From an uncultured Verrucomicrobiota bacterium (GTDB lineage: Bacteria; Verrucomicrobiota; Verrucomicrobiia; Limisphaerales; UBA1319): a stretch of DNA of 64,000 bases. The notes under the pieces were generated by a model. That model did no database searches. It saw nothing but the letters and a program-made list of their open reading frames with translations, and was not told where the DNA came from. The stretch's first letter is position 1, and each line of letters opens with the position of its first letter. This document shows positions 63,752 to 64,000 of this stretch, in pieces. The stretch spans positions 1,105-65,104 of the forward strand of contig CAYPCQ010000038.1 in NCBI GenBank assembly GCA_964409245.1, given 5' to 3'. Both the position numbers and the translations under genes were made by a program.

Positions 63752-64000
63752 ATGATTCAACGCACGATGACCAATGAACTGCTGGCCGCCGCCCAAGAAT
63801 TCCCCGTGGTGACTGTATTCGGCCCCCGGCAATCCGGCAAAACCACGTTGTTCAAGCGGTCTTTCCTCAAAAGGCCTATTGCTCCCTGGAGGATCCGGAT
63901 CGACGTTTAATGGCTCAAAAAGATCCCCGTGGATTTTTAGGCGGTTTTAAAAACGGCGCCATCCTGGACGAAATCCAAAGGATTCCGGAATTGCTTTCCT
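63752..64000 (+). pseudogene. AAA_14/DUF4143-type ATP-binding protein, frameshifted at ~63850, runs off the window
   Basis: Walker A GPRQSGKTT. After a 1-bp shift it continues 'QAVFPQKAYCSLEDPD...DPRGFL...GAILDEIQRIPELLS' (Walker B). Confidence 0.8.

Noticed and set aside
1-64000. tRNA, rRNA, prophage or intact IS/integrase
   Set aside because: I recognised no cloverleaf or rRNA signatures, no phage structural genes and no complete recombinase or transposase ORF.

Overview
GC-rich bacterial window. Gene content (delta-60/Ig surface proteins, Tat-exported Gfo/Idh/MocA enzymes, many secreted glycoside hydrolases, RHS relics) is typical of Verrucomicrobia/PVC, which is an inference. All family calls come from motif recognition by eye, with no database searches. 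Layout: (1) 0-12 kb: GH116 tail, beta-helix glycanase, and two convergent secreted proteins that share a C-terminal module and are separated by a REP/REPIN cluster with an RHS relic. A Gfo/Idh/MocA enzyme and an orphan pilin follow. (2) 12.7-33 kb: a duplicated segment (PIN relic ... BNR/sialidase-like gene) brackets a ~15 kb minus-strand CAZyme island (GH78, three GH32-type, two alpha/alpha-barrel proteins) containing relics of transporter and kinase genes. The left copy carries a Gfo/Idh/MocA + DUF1080-GH99 pair. (3) 33-46.5 kb: membrane spermidine-synthase-like protein, S9 peptidase, MFS transporter and a CzcI-CBA-like efflux operon. (4) 46.5-49.2 kb: RHS relic, REPIN, RAYT fragment, vapBC and a collapsed defence locus made of short gene stumps. 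(5) 49.3-61.3 kb: CPA2-RCK antiporter, YmdB, receiver protein, RACo-type activator, GH51, MscS and an APC-USP fusion. (6) 61.7-64 kb: three toxin-antitoxin pairs, each with a damaged toxin and an intact antitoxin, interleaved with a ~214 bp repeat, then a frameshifted AAA ATPase. I found no rRNA, tRNA or CRISPR array.
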